In this document: one piece after another, positions 26,748-35,412 of the stretch
Position numbering within the stretch: position 1 is the stretch's first letter
How the letters are laid out: the number at the start of each line of letters is the position of its first letter
NCBI GenBank assembly: GCA_963736335.1
Contig: CAVTOC010000005.1
Coordinates: 327,925 to 391,924, forward strand
DNA from: an uncultured Actinomycetes bacterium
GTDB lineage: Bacteria; Actinomycetota; UBA4738; HRBIN12
DNA: 64,000 nucleotides
Direction of reading: 5' to 3'
Notes under the pieces: generated by a model
What the model was told of the DNA's origin: nothing
The model's input: only the letters and a program-made list of their open reading frames with translations
Databases searched by the model: none
Translations under genes and position numbers: made by a program

Positions 26748-27722
26748 TCAGGGCTTCATGCGGGGAAGCTGGGCGAGATCCTTCGCGACCTCGGCGGGGT
26801 CGAACAACGGCCCCCATCGGTCCTTGATCACGCCGTCGGAGCCGATGAGGAAGAGCCAGGGCTCCGTCAGGTCGCCGGTCTCGTTGCAGCAGACCCAGTC
26901 GGACGCCGCCTTGTTCACCACGCTCTTGTCGTGGTTGCGCCAGATCTCCACATGGATGAAGACCGCGCGATCCGCGTACTGCTTCGCGAGCGCCTCCACG
27001 CCGTCGGTCTCGGGCCCGCACATGATGCTCACGCAGAACGCGGGCGTCGAGAAGATCGCCACGATCGGCCGGTGTTGCGCGAGGGCGTCGGCGATCGTCC
27101 ACTGATGGAGCTCGGGATCGGGCACGGGCGCGCCGTCGAGCGCCCGCGAATCGATGGCGGCCGTAGGCACGCCCTTCGAGTCGACCGTCAGGTTCTCCGT
27201 CGCCTGCGCTCGGTCGCCCGGCGCCGGCAAGAGATGCTTCTGAGACACGACGAACGGGGCGGAGAGCGTCTGCGTTCCTTTGCCCGGCACGTCGACGGTG
27301 GCAGCAACCTGCCAGGTCCCCGCGCGGTCGAACGCGACCTGCGCCTGATAAACGCCACGGGCCTCGTTCGGATCGGTGAAGGTCGGCGCGGGACCGGTCT
27401 GCTTCGTGCCGAACGCGCCGACGTACGTGCCGGTCGCCTGTGGCCCCGGCTGCGGCGACTGCGAACCGTCGCCCAGGAATGAGAAGGAGAAGGCCATCTG
27501 CCCGAACGACAGCAGCTTCACGCTCTGGCCGTCGCTCGAGAAGAGGCCCAGCTCGAAATGCTGCGGGGCTCCGACGGCAAGGTCGCTGCTGGCCACCTCC
27601 AGCGACAGGCTGATCGGCGCCGAACCCGAGGGCGATGTCCCCGATGCATCACCCGAACTGCCACAGGCGTTCGCGAGCAGCGAGAGACCGAGGACGGCGA
27701 TGAGGAGGCGACGGTTGAACAT
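26748..27722 (-). CDS. secreted lipoprotein with C-terminal thioredoxin-like domain (TlpA/ResA-like, atypical Cys motif)
   Basis: Lipoprotein-type signal MFNRRLLIAVLGLSLLANAC|GSS, an Ig-like middle region, then IVAIFSTPAFCVSIMCGPE...LFLIGSDGVIKDRW (Trx-fold pattern with CxxxxC). Confidence 0.5.
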   Translation of the reverse strand: MFNRRLLIAVLGLSLLANACGSSGDASGTSPSGSAPISLSLEVASSDLAVGAPQHFELGLFSSDGQSVKLLSFGQMAFSFSFLGDGSQSPQPGPQATGTYVGAFGTKQTGPAPTFTDPNEARGVYQAQVAFDRAGTWQVAATVDVPGKGTQTLSAPFVVSQKHLLPAPGDRAQATENLTVDSKGVPTAAIDSRALDGAPVPDPELHQWTIADALAQHRPIVAIFSTPAFCVSIMCGPETDGVEALAKQYADRAVFIHVEIWRNHDKSVVNKAASDWVCCNETGDLTEPWLFLIGSDGVIKDRWGPLFDPAEVAKDLAQLPRMKP

Positions 27723-27758
27723 CGGACCATCTTCTCGCGAGTTCGACGGAACGTCCGG

Positions 27759-28280
27759 TCAGATGGCGCCTTCGTGCCGCAGGAGCCATCGTTTGCGGTC
27801 CTCGTGGCGGCCGTATCCCCCGATCGTCCCTCCGGCGTGGACGACCCGATGGCAGGGGACGAACAGCTCGATCGGGCATCGGCTGAGCGCACCCCCCGCG
27901 GCCCGGCCCGCCCGCAGGCTGCCGGCGCTGGCCGCGACGTCGCCGTACGTGGCGAGCTCTCCGTACGGGATGGCCATCGTCGCTTCCAGGACCCGTCGTC
28001 CGAATCCGTCGGGTACGAGCTCGAGGTCCACCGGTGTGGCGAACGTCCGTCCCGTGCCGCGGAAGTAGGCCTCCACCTCCCGGCGCAGCGGGGTCAAGGC
28101 GCGGGCACCCCCGCCGAGGATCGGCGTGCCGAGACGCGCCGTGAGCAGATCCAGCTCGGGCTCGACGTCGTCATCGATGAACGTCGTCCAGACGACGCCG
28201 CGATCGGAGACGACGACGAGCAGGTCCCCGATCGGTGTCGAGACCGGCGTGGTTCGATAGCTCGTCACACCGGTGGCCAC
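27759..28280 (-). CDS. ogt: methylated-DNA--protein-cysteine methyltransferase
   Basis: IPYGELATYGDVA...VPCHRVV (PCHR active site). 173 aa. Confidence 0.9.
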   Translation of the reverse strand: MATGVTSYRTTPVSTPIGDLLVVVSDRGVVWTTFIDDDVEPELDLLTARLGTPILGGGARALTPLRREVEAYFRGTGRTFATPVDLELVPDGFGRRVLEATMAIPYGELATYGDVAASAGSLRAGRAAGGALSRCPIELFVPCHRVVHAGGTIGGYGRHEDRKRWLLRHEGAI

Positions 28281-29008
28281 GGGTACGGCCGGCCCGGGCC
28301 GGGTTCGGGGAACACGCCGGCGGCGATCACGGCCCCGATGCGGTCGTCGAGGGCGAGCAGCTCGTCGGCGGAGAGCAGCTCGTCGAGCTCCGCGCGCAGG
28401 TCACCCGTCTGCGACCGATCCCGGAACCGTTGGACGTCGTCGAGCAGGTCCGGCGGGATGGGTTCGCCCACGTGCTCCCAGATCACCGTGCGGAGCTTGG
28501 GCTCCTCGTTGAAGCAGACACCGTGATCGACGACCCAGATGGTGCCGTCCGGGGCCAGCAGGCAGTGGCCGCCCTTGCGATCGGCGTTGTTCACGACCAT
28601 GTCGAACAGGGCGACGCGTCGGAACTCGTCGGGGTGCGTCCCCTCGAGCGTGAAGTAGTGCTGCGAGGGATCGAACTCCACGAACAGCTGGGCGGAGCCC
28701 ATCCCCTCCGGGCCCTTCCGCAGGACCGTCGGAGGGACGTTCGGCCACCCGAGCTCCCGCGCGACCACGTACGCCGCGACCTCGCGCCGGCAGAGCGTGC
28801 CCTCCGGGAAATCCCAGAGCGGCATCTCACCCCGCTGGGGCTTGTAGACCGCGAGGATCTGATCGTCGCCGGCCGTCGCCCGCGCGAGGAACGTGTAGTT
28901 GGAGGAGTTCGGCAGGAGCCCGAGCAGCTCGAGGTCGCCCGAGACGAGCGCGGCGGGCACACGCGGGTCGTTCAGGTTCGCTTCGAGTGACCGTTCATCG
29001 CTGGGCAC
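28265..29008 (-). CDS. SCO1664-family protein (PI3/PI4-kinase-like fold, function unknown)
   Basis: LLPNSSNYTFLA...AVYKPQRGEMPLWDF...REVAAYVVARELGW...MVVNNADRKGGHCL...VVDHGVCF shows kinase-like catalytic and DHG loops. The likely start is GTG 29008 (VPSDERS), because the rest of the 331-aa track ORF is an R/G-rich extension overlapping DUF3090. Confidence 0.75.
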   Translation of the reverse strand: MPSDERSLEANLNDPRVPAALVSGDLELLGLLPNSSNYTFLARATAGDDQILAVYKPQRGEMPLWDFPEGTLCRREVAAYVVARELGWPNVPPTVLRKGPEGMGSAQLFVEFDPSQHYFTLEGTHPDEFRRVALFDMVVNNADRKGGHCLLAPDGTIWVVDHGVCFNEEPKLRTVIWEHVGEPIPPDLLDDVQRFRDRSQTGDLRAELDELLSADELLALDDRIGAVIAAGVFPEPGPGRPYPWPPV

Positions 29009-29493
29009 GCGTGTCCCTCCGGGTCGAGGGGATTGCCGCAGTACTGACAGGTCGGGCGTCCGCGATCGACCACCGCCGCCGCGTGTCGCGAGAGCGCGAA
29101 CATCTGCTCGCGCGACGCGAGCAAGCGCAGCAGCTCGGCTTCCTCCCGCAGGAGCAAGGCGGGGTCGTCCTCCTCCAGGTCGGGCTGGAACTCCTCGATC
29201 TCGAGCAGGAACAGTTCGGAGTCCTCCTCGTAACCGATCGAGAGCCGTCCCGCACGCCACCGCGGTTCGAACGGCTCTTCGAGATCCATCGCCTCCTCGT
29301 CCGGGCCGGTGCCCGTCTCGAGACCGATCGTCGCGAGCAGGTCGAGCACGGACGCGGCGAGCAGGCTCACCTGTTCCTTCTCCACGATGAGGGTCACCAG
29401 ATCGGTTCCTCGGCGCACCTGGAGGTAGAACGTGCGGAGGCCCGGCTCCCCGACGGCGTCGGCGGTGATCCGGTCGACGGGGCCCAGATCCAT
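28972..29493 (-). CDS. DUF3090-family protein
   Basis: 173 aa: ITADAVGEPGLRTFYLQVR...LIVEKEQV...LSIGYEEDSELFLLEI...RPTCQYCGNPLDPEGHACPAMNGH (C-terminal Cys/His cluster). Confidence 0.8.
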   Translation of the reverse strand: MDLGPVDRITADAVGEPGLRTFYLQVRRGTDLVTLIVEKEQVSLLAASVLDLLATIGLETGTGPDEEAMDLEEPFEPRWRAGRLSIGYEEDSELFLLEIEEFQPDLEEDDPALLLREEAELLRLLASREQMFALSRHAAAVVDRGRPTCQYCGNPLDPEGHACPAMNGHSKRT

Positions 29494-29498
29494 GCGGC

Positions 29499-30140
29499 CT
29501 ATCCTCGCAGGTTCCGATCGCTGCGCGGCGGCGGTGCGAACCGGTCCAGGCTTCCGGTGTCGTTGACCATCAGGACGTGGGGGCCGGCGTCGCCGAGCGA
29601 CACGGCCGACACCGACGCAGGGTCGGCCATGGAGCGTTGGAACAGATCGAGGTGCGCGCCGGCCAGATGGGCGACCAGCATCCGGATGATGTCGCCGTGC
29701 GATGCGACCGCGACGCGACCTCGGGGGTGCCGGGCGGCGATCGCGTCGATCTCGGCGATGGCTCGCGCCTGTGCGTCGGCGAACGACTCACCGTCGGGGA
29801 AGCGGAAGTGCGAGGGCCGGTGGATGAGCTCCTTCCACATGCGGGTTCGACGGACCTGCGCGAGCGAACGGCCCGTCCACGCGCCGACGTCCATCTCGAT
29901 CAGGCCCTCGCGGGTGACGACCTCGAGACGCTGCCGTGCTGCGAGCGGGGCGACGGTCTCGACGCACCGATCCAGCGGGCTCGAGTACACGGCCGTCAGC
30001 CGGATGGGAGCGAACCGCCCCGCGAGCGCCTCGGCCTGCGCCCGTCCGCGTTCGTCGAGCGCGACACCGGGTGTTCGCCCGTACAGCGTCTTGCCGGTCA
30101 CGGCCGTGAGTCCGTGACGGATCAGGAAGAGGGTCGTCAT
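29499..30140 (-). CDS. histidine phosphatase superfamily protein (MSMEG_4193-type putative phosphomutase)
   Basis: MTTLFLIRHGLT (RHG motif)...YSSPLDRCVETV...VASHGDIIR. The start ATG at 30140 lies inside a longer track ORF that fuses it artificially with the kinase frame. Confidence 0.85.
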   Translation of the reverse strand: MTTLFLIRHGLTAVTGKTLYGRTPGVALDERGRAQAEALAGRFAPIRLTAVYSSPLDRCVETVAPLAARQRLEVVTREGLIEMDVGAWTGRSLAQVRRTRMWKELIHRPSHFRFPDGESFADAQARAIAEIDAIAARHPRGRVAVASHGDIIRMLVAHLAGAHLDLFQRSMADPASVSAVSLGDAGPHVLMVNDTGSLDRFAPPPRSDRNLRG

Positions 30141-30169
30141 CGGCCCGGCAGCATACGCCGGGCGTGACG

Positions 30170-31362
30170 TCACGGTGCGCCCGGCGTGGTTCCCTCCGGC
30201 GTCCCAGCCGGTAAGCGGACCTCGAACGTCGAGCCCCGGCCCAGCTCGCTCGTCACCGACACCGTGCCTCCGTGGTTCTCGGCGACGTGGCGGACGATCG
30301 CGAGCCCCAGCCCGGTGCCGCCGGTCTCTCGCGACCGTGCCCGGTCCACGCGGTAGAAACGCTCGAACACACGGGTCAGATCCTTGGACGGGATCCCCGA
30401 ACCGGTGTCGCTCACGCGCAGGACGACCGATCCGTTGTCGGCCGCCACGGAGGCGATGATCGTTCCGTCGGCCCGCGTGTAGCGGATCGCGTTGTCCAGG
30501 AGGTTCCGGACCAGCAGCGAAAGGTCGCGCCCGGACCCGATGACGGCGGGCACGGCGGGAGCTTCGACCTCGATGCGCAAGTCCTGCCTCGATCGCGAGC
30601 TCCTCGAACCGCGAGCTTTCCTCTCGGACCAACGCGTCCAGATGGACCCGATCCTCGAGCTCGCTACCCGACTCCAGCCGAGAGAGGTCCAGCAGGTCGG
30701 CGACGATCCTGGAGAGGCGAACCGCCTCGCGTTCGAGCTGTTCGGCGAACCGCGGCACCGCCGCCGGGTCTTCCTGCCACACGTGCAAGAGTGTCTCGGC
30801 CGCCGCCTGGATCGACGCCGCCGGGGTCTTCAGCTCGTGCGACGCGTTGGCGACGAAGTCGCGACGTACCGCGTCCAAGCGCCGAGCTTCCGTGACGTCG
30901 GCGATCACAACCAGGACCGAACCGTCTTCGCCGGCGGGTGTGGCTGTCACCCTCAGCCACCGGGTCGGAGAGCCAACTTCGATCTCGATGACCTCGGCGC
31001 CGGAGGTCTCGACGACACGACGGACGACCTGTCGGAGACTCGCAGGCAGCAGCTGACTGAGCGCCTCGGGCCGTGACCCCAGGAGTCGGTCGAGCGCGTC
31101 GTTCGCGAAGACGGTGCGATGACCTCCGTCGAAGAGCAGGACTCCGTCCTGCATCGATGCGAGGATCCGATCTCAGAACCTGGCGGGCCTGGACGGCCAC
31201 ATCTGCACTGCGTTCTCGAGTGCTCTTCGTCGTGCGACGGTTCACCTTCGAGTAGGCGCTCCAGGTTCGCGCTGCCCCGACCGCCGTCCCGCCCATACGC
31301 CTGATGACCCCCGCGACGATGCCCGCGAGGGCGACCAGGGCAACGGCGGTGCCGACCTCCAC
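30170..31362 (-). pseudogene. senX3: SenX3/PhoR-like sensor histidine kinase interrupted by two apparent +1 frameshifts
   Basis: There are three frame segments. (i) GTG 31362: VEVGTAVALVALAGIVAGVIRRM...QARQVL (TM anchor). (ii) DRILASMQDGVLLFDG...RRDFVANASHELKTP...RFEELAIEAG (PAS + HisKA). (iii) LRIEVEAP...LLDNAIRYT...DTGSGI...GGTGLGLAIV (HATPase_c). The junctions are near 31173 and 30581. Confidence 0.8.
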
Positions 31363-31390
31363 ATCGGCAGTGTAGGCCCCGACCCTCGCG

Positions 31391-31434
31391 GTTCATCTGT
31401 TGGCCATCAACGGTTCGCCATTTCTTCACTGATG
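31391..31434. promoter_or_regulatory. PHO-box-like 11-nt direct repeats (kinase-proximal set)
   Basis: Consecutive 11-mers GTTCATCTGTT / GGCCATCAACG / GTTCGCCATTT / CTTCACTGATG. Units 1, 3 and 4 resemble the GTTCACC core bound by actinobacterial PhoP/RegX3-type regulators. Confidence 0.4.
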
Positions 31435-31499
31435 GCTTGAGAACCCGCTTGAGACCCACCTGACCTGGGCGTTCGTCGTCGGGTGACGGGTTCTCCCTC

Positions 31500-31554
31500 G
31501 TTCATGCTCCGTTCACCTTCGGTCAACCGCTCGTCCACCTGGCCTCCATAGCAT
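31500..31554 (+). promoter_or_regulatory. PHO box (four 11-nt direct repeat units) plus -10 element of the pstS promoter
   Basis: GTTCATGCTCC GTTCACCTTCG GTCAACCGCTC GTCCACCTGGC (31500-31543) in exact 11-nt register. It is followed by TAGCAT (31549-31554, TANNNT), about 45 nt upstream of pstS ATG 31600. Confidence 0.6.
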
Positions 31555-31599
31555 CGCTTCGAGTCAGCCCTTCAGTGGGACGAGCGTTAGAGGAGGGAC

Positions 31600-32721
31600 A
31601 TGAGCATGCGCATCGCGCGAACGAAAGCGGGCATCGTGACAACCATGCTCGCTCTGTCGCTTGTCGCAGCTGCCTGCAGCAGCAACGACAACAATGGCAG
31701 TGGAAACAGCGGGTCGACGGGCACAACGGGCTTCCAGGGGGTCGCCCTGACCGGTGCGGGTGCCACGTTCCCCGACCCCATCTATGAGCAATGGTTCCAG
31801 TCGTTCCAGGGTGTCGAACCCGACGCCAAGATCAACTATCAGGCGATCGGTTCGGGTGGTGGGATCGAGCAGTTCACCGCGCAGACCGTGGACTTCGGAG
31901 CATCGGACGCGCCGTTGCAGCAGGACGAGATCGATGCCCTGCCGACCGACTACATCGAACTTCCCACCGTCCTCGGAGGCGTCGTTATCGCGTACAACGT
32001 CTCGGGCCTGGATTCCGGTCTGAAGCTCGATACCGACACGGCGGCTTCGATCTTCCTCGGGAACATCACCAAGTGGAACGACCCGGCGATCGCGAAACTG
32101 AACCCGGGTGTCAATCTCCCCGACACCGACATCGCGGTCGTCCACCGTTCCGACGAATCGGGCACCACGTTCGTCTTCACGTCCTGGCTCGCCGGCAACG
32201 CCGATTGGGAATCGAAGGTCGGCGCCGATAAGGCGGTCCAGTGGCCTACCGGTACGGGCGGTGACGGCAACGACGGTGTCGCCGCAAGCATCAGCCAGAC
32301 AGAAGGGGCGATCGGCTATCTGTCCTACGACTTCGCCGTCTCCAGCAATCTCGGGATCGCGGACATCAAGGCCAACGACGGGAGCTTCGTGAAACCGTCG
32401 ATCGATTCGATCAGCGCCGCGGGCGCCATCCTCAAGTTCCCCATCAGTCCTGATTCGAACATCCTGAACTCCGACGCACCGGGTGCATACCCGATCGCGA
32501 GCACGACGTACCTGCTGCTGTACAAGGATGGTTCGGACGCCGACAAGACCCAGACGATCTTCGACTTCGTGACATGGGCACTCACGACCGGACAAGCGGA
32601 AGTGACGAAGCTCAACTACTCGCCGCTCCCGAAGGACATCGCCACCCAGGCGCTCGCCGCGCTCGGGGAGATGACCAGTGGAGGGGCGGCGATGACGGCT
32701 TCTCCGGCCGTAGGGGGCTGA
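31600..32721 (+). CDS. pstS: phosphate ABC transporter substrate-binding lipoprotein PstS
   Basis: Lipobox LVAAAC|SS. GAGATFPDPIY..W...INYQAIGSGGG..QF...DFGASD...HRSDESGTT are PstS signatures. AGAGGAGGG RBS. Confidence 0.95.
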   Translation: MSMRIARTKAGIVTTMLALSLVAAACSSNDNNGSGNSGSTGTTGFQGVALTGAGATFPDPIYEQWFQSFQGVEPDAKINYQAIGSGGGIEQFTAQTVDFGASDAPLQQDEIDALPTDYIELPTVLGGVVIAYNVSGLDSGLKLDTDTAASIFLGNITKWNDPAIAKLNPGVNLPDTDIAVVHRSDESGTTFVFTSWLAGNADWESKVGADKAVQWPTGTGGDGNDGVAASISQTEGAIGYLSYDFAVSSNLGIADIKANDGSFVKPSIDSISAAGAILKFPISPDSNILNSDAPGAYPIASTTYLLLYKDGSDADKTQTIFDFVTWALTTGQAEVTKLNYSPLPKDIATQALAALGEMTSGGAAMTASPAVGG

Positions 32722-32741
32722 GTTAGGCTCCTGCACCTGTC

Positions 32742-33767
32742 ATGGAGACGCTCGAGCGACCGAAAGCGGGAAGGCCGTGGGTCTCCCCACGGCGTTCCCG
32801 CGTGCTCGACCGAGGGTTCTCATGGGTCACGGCGATCGTCGCGGCCGGGCTGGTGTTGCTGCTCGTCCTGCTGATCCTTGAGCTCCTCCAGGGTTCGAAG
32901 CGGACGTTCTCGCAGTTCGGTTTCGGGTTCTTCGTCGGTACCGACTGGAATCCGGTCAACGGTCGAGAGTCCTTCGGTGCGTTGCCGTTCATCTTCGGTT
33001 CGCTGGTCACGTCGGCGACGGCGATCGTCTTGGCGGTGCCGGTGGGCGTGGGCCTTGCGCTCTTGCTGAACGAGGTGCGCGGATCGCTCGCGAACCCGTT
33101 GGCGACGTTCGTCGACATCCTGGCAGCGATCCCGAGCGTCGTCTACGGGCTGTGGGGGCTGTTCGTCTTGAAGCCGGTCATGGACACGACGATCGAGCCG
33201 TTCCTCCAGAACACGATCGGCAAGATCCCGGTGATCGGAGCGCTGTTCAGCGGGAATCCGAACGGACCGGACATCCTCACCGCGGGGGTGATCCTCGCGA
33301 TCATGATCCTGCCGATCGTGACGGCGGTGACACGAGAAGTGATCGCGGTGGTTCCTCGCGACCAGCGGGAAGCGGCGCTCGCTCTGGGCGCCACCCGCTG
33401 GGAGGCGGTGAAGATGGCGGTCCTCCCCGCGGCCCGGAGCGGGATCGTCGGCGCGACGATGCTTGGCCTCGGGCGTGCGCTCGGCGAAACGATCGCCGTC
33501 TCCATGGTCGTCGGGAACGTGCCCAAGATCGGCGTTTCTCTTCTCGCTCCGGCCGCGACGATCCCCTCGTGGATCGCGAGCAGCTTCCGCGAGGCGACGA
33601 GCGTCGGGCTGCACCGCTCGGCGCTCCTGGCCCTGGCCGTCGTCTTGGTCATCATGGCGTTCATCCTGGCGTTGCTGTCGCGCATGCTCGTGCGCCGTAC
33701 GGAGCGGCTGGTCGGGCAGGACATCGAGCCCCAGCCAACCGCCTCCGAGTTCGGGGTTCCGTCGTGA
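32742..33767 (+). CDS. pstC: phosphate ABC transporter permease PstC
   Basis: 341 aa with the EAA-type loop REAALALGATRWEAVKMAVLPAARSGIVGA. Confidence 0.95.
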   Translation: METLERPKAGRPWVSPRRSRVLDRGFSWVTAIVAAGLVLLLVLLILELLQGSKRTFSQFGFGFFVGTDWNPVNGRESFGALPFIFGSLVTSATAIVLAVPVGVGLALLLNEVRGSLANPLATFVDILAAIPSVVYGLWGLFVLKPVMDTTIEPFLQNTIGKIPVIGALFSGNPNGPDILTAGVILAIMILPIVTAVTREVIAVVPRDQREAALALGATRWEAVKMAVLPAARSGIVGATMLGLGRALGETIAVSMVVGNVPKIGVSLLAPAATIPSWIASSFREATSVGLHRSALLALAVVLVIMAFILALLSRMLVRRTERLVGQDIEPQPTASEFGVPS

Positions 33768-34655
33768 GCACGCCTCCGACCTCCTTCGAAGATGTCGGCG
33801 GCTTGCAGGGTGTCGCCGATTCGCGGCGACGCCGGAACGCGGCCTTCACCATCTTCATGTGGAGCTGCGCCGTGCTGGCCATCGTGCCGCTTGATCCTCA
33901 TCACGATCTACGTTGTCAAGCAGGGCGCCTCCGCATTGTCCGTGAACTTCTTCACGAAGGTCCCGTCGGGCCCGCTCGATCCGCTGGCGGGAGGGATCGC
34001 GCAAGCGTTCATCGGGACCGCGATCATCGCCGGGATCGCGACCGCCATCGCCGTCCCGCTCGGGGTGCTGACCGCCGTCTACCTCGCGGAGTACGGCAGG
34101 GGACGGTTCGCGGGGGTGGTTCGGATCGTCGCGGACGTCCTGCTCTCGACTCCTTCCATCGTCGCCGGAGCGTTCATCTGGTCGATCGTGGTCGTCGCGC
34201 TCGGTAACTTCTCCGCGCTCGCGGGAGCGCTCGCCCTGGTCGTGCTGATGTGGCCGATCATCGCCAGGGCGACGGAGGAGATCCTTCGTCTCGTGCCGCA
34301 AGAACTTCGCGAGGGTGCGCTGGCACTGGGTGTACCGCGTTGGAAGGTCATCATGCGGATCGTCATCCCGACGGCGGGTGCGGGCATCCTGACGGCGATC
34401 ATGCTGGCGGTGGCTCGAGGTCTCGGCGAGACCGCGCCGATCCTGTTGACCGCGCTCGGCAACGACTTCATCAATCTCGATCCGCTCAAGCCGACCGACG
34501 CCGTTCCGTTGCGGGTGTACGACTACGCACGAACACCGGTCGAAGCGCTCCACCAGATCGCGTGGGGCGGTGCGCTGGTGCTCCTCGTGGCGGTACTGTT
34601 CCTGTCGATCTCGGCTCGGGTCCTCTCGAGTCGCCAGAAGAAGAGGATGGCGTGA
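33764..34655 (+). pseudogene. pstA: phosphate ABC transporter permease PstA with apparent +1 frameshift near codon 43
   Basis: GTG 33764 (GTGA overlap with the pstC stop) encodes VSTPPTSFEDVGGLQGVADSRRRRNAAFTIFMWSCAVLAIVPL in frame 2. The body, LILITIYVVKQGASALS...[26 protein letters not shown], is in frame 0. The junction is at about 33890. Confidence 0.85.
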
Positions 34656-35407
34656 GGAAATTGGAAGTCTCCGGACTGTCCGCGTGGTTCGGGACCAACA
34701 AGGTCTTGCACGGTGTGGACCTCGTGGCTCAGCCCGGGCAGGTGACAGCCATGATCGGGCCGTCCGGCTGTGGGAAGTCGACGCTGATCCGATGTCTCAA
34801 TCGGATGCACGAGGAGATCCGCGGAGCCCGCGTCGAAGGCAAGGTGCTCTTCGACGGGACCGACATCTACGGAGAAGAGGTCGACCCGGTCGAAGTTCGC
34901 CGCCGCATCGGGATGGTGTTCCAGCGACCGAACCCGTTCCCCACCATGAGCATCGCCGACAACACCGTGGCGGGCCTGAAACTCAACGGGCGCCTCCCAC
35001 GTGCGGAGATCCTCGAACGCGCTGAGCGCGCCCTGACGGCAGCGGGCCTGTGGGACGAGGTGAAGGACCGGCTGGACGATCCGGGTGGCCGGCTCTCGGG
35101 CGGCCAACAACAACGTCTCTGCATCGCGCGAGCGTTGGCCGTCGAACCCGAGGTGCTGCTGATGGACGAGCCGGCCTCGGCGCTCGACCCGGCCTCCACG
35201 CTCAGGATCGAAGAGCTCGTCGCGGAGTTGAAGGACCGATACACGGTCATCATCGTCACGCACAACATGCAACAGGCAGCGCGCGTGTCGGATTGGACCT
35301 TGTTCATGCTGTACGGGGAAGTCGTCGAGTTCGGGCCGACCACCAAGGTCTTCACGAATCCCGACGACAAGCGAACGGAGGACTACGTCACGGGACGGTT
35401 CGGATGA
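34652..35407 (+). CDS. pstB: phosphate ABC transporter ATP-binding protein PstB
   Basis: GTG 34652 (GTGA overlap with the pstA stop). Walker [10 protein letters not shown], signature LSGGQQQRL, Walker [12 protein letters not shown]. Confidence 0.95.
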   Translation: MRKLEVSGLSAWFGTNKVLHGVDLVAQPGQVTAMIGPSGCGKSTLIRCLNRMHEEIRGARVEGKVLFDGTDIYGEEVDPVEVRRRIGMVFQRPNPFPTMSIADNTVAGLKLNGRLPRAEILERAERALTAAGLWDEVKDRLDDPGGRLSGGQQQRLCIARALAVEPEVLLMDEPASALDPASTLRIEELVAELKDRYTVIIVTHNMQQAARVSDWTLFMLYGEVVEFGPTTKVFTNPDDKRTEDYVTGRFG

Positions 35408-35412
35408 CAGAG

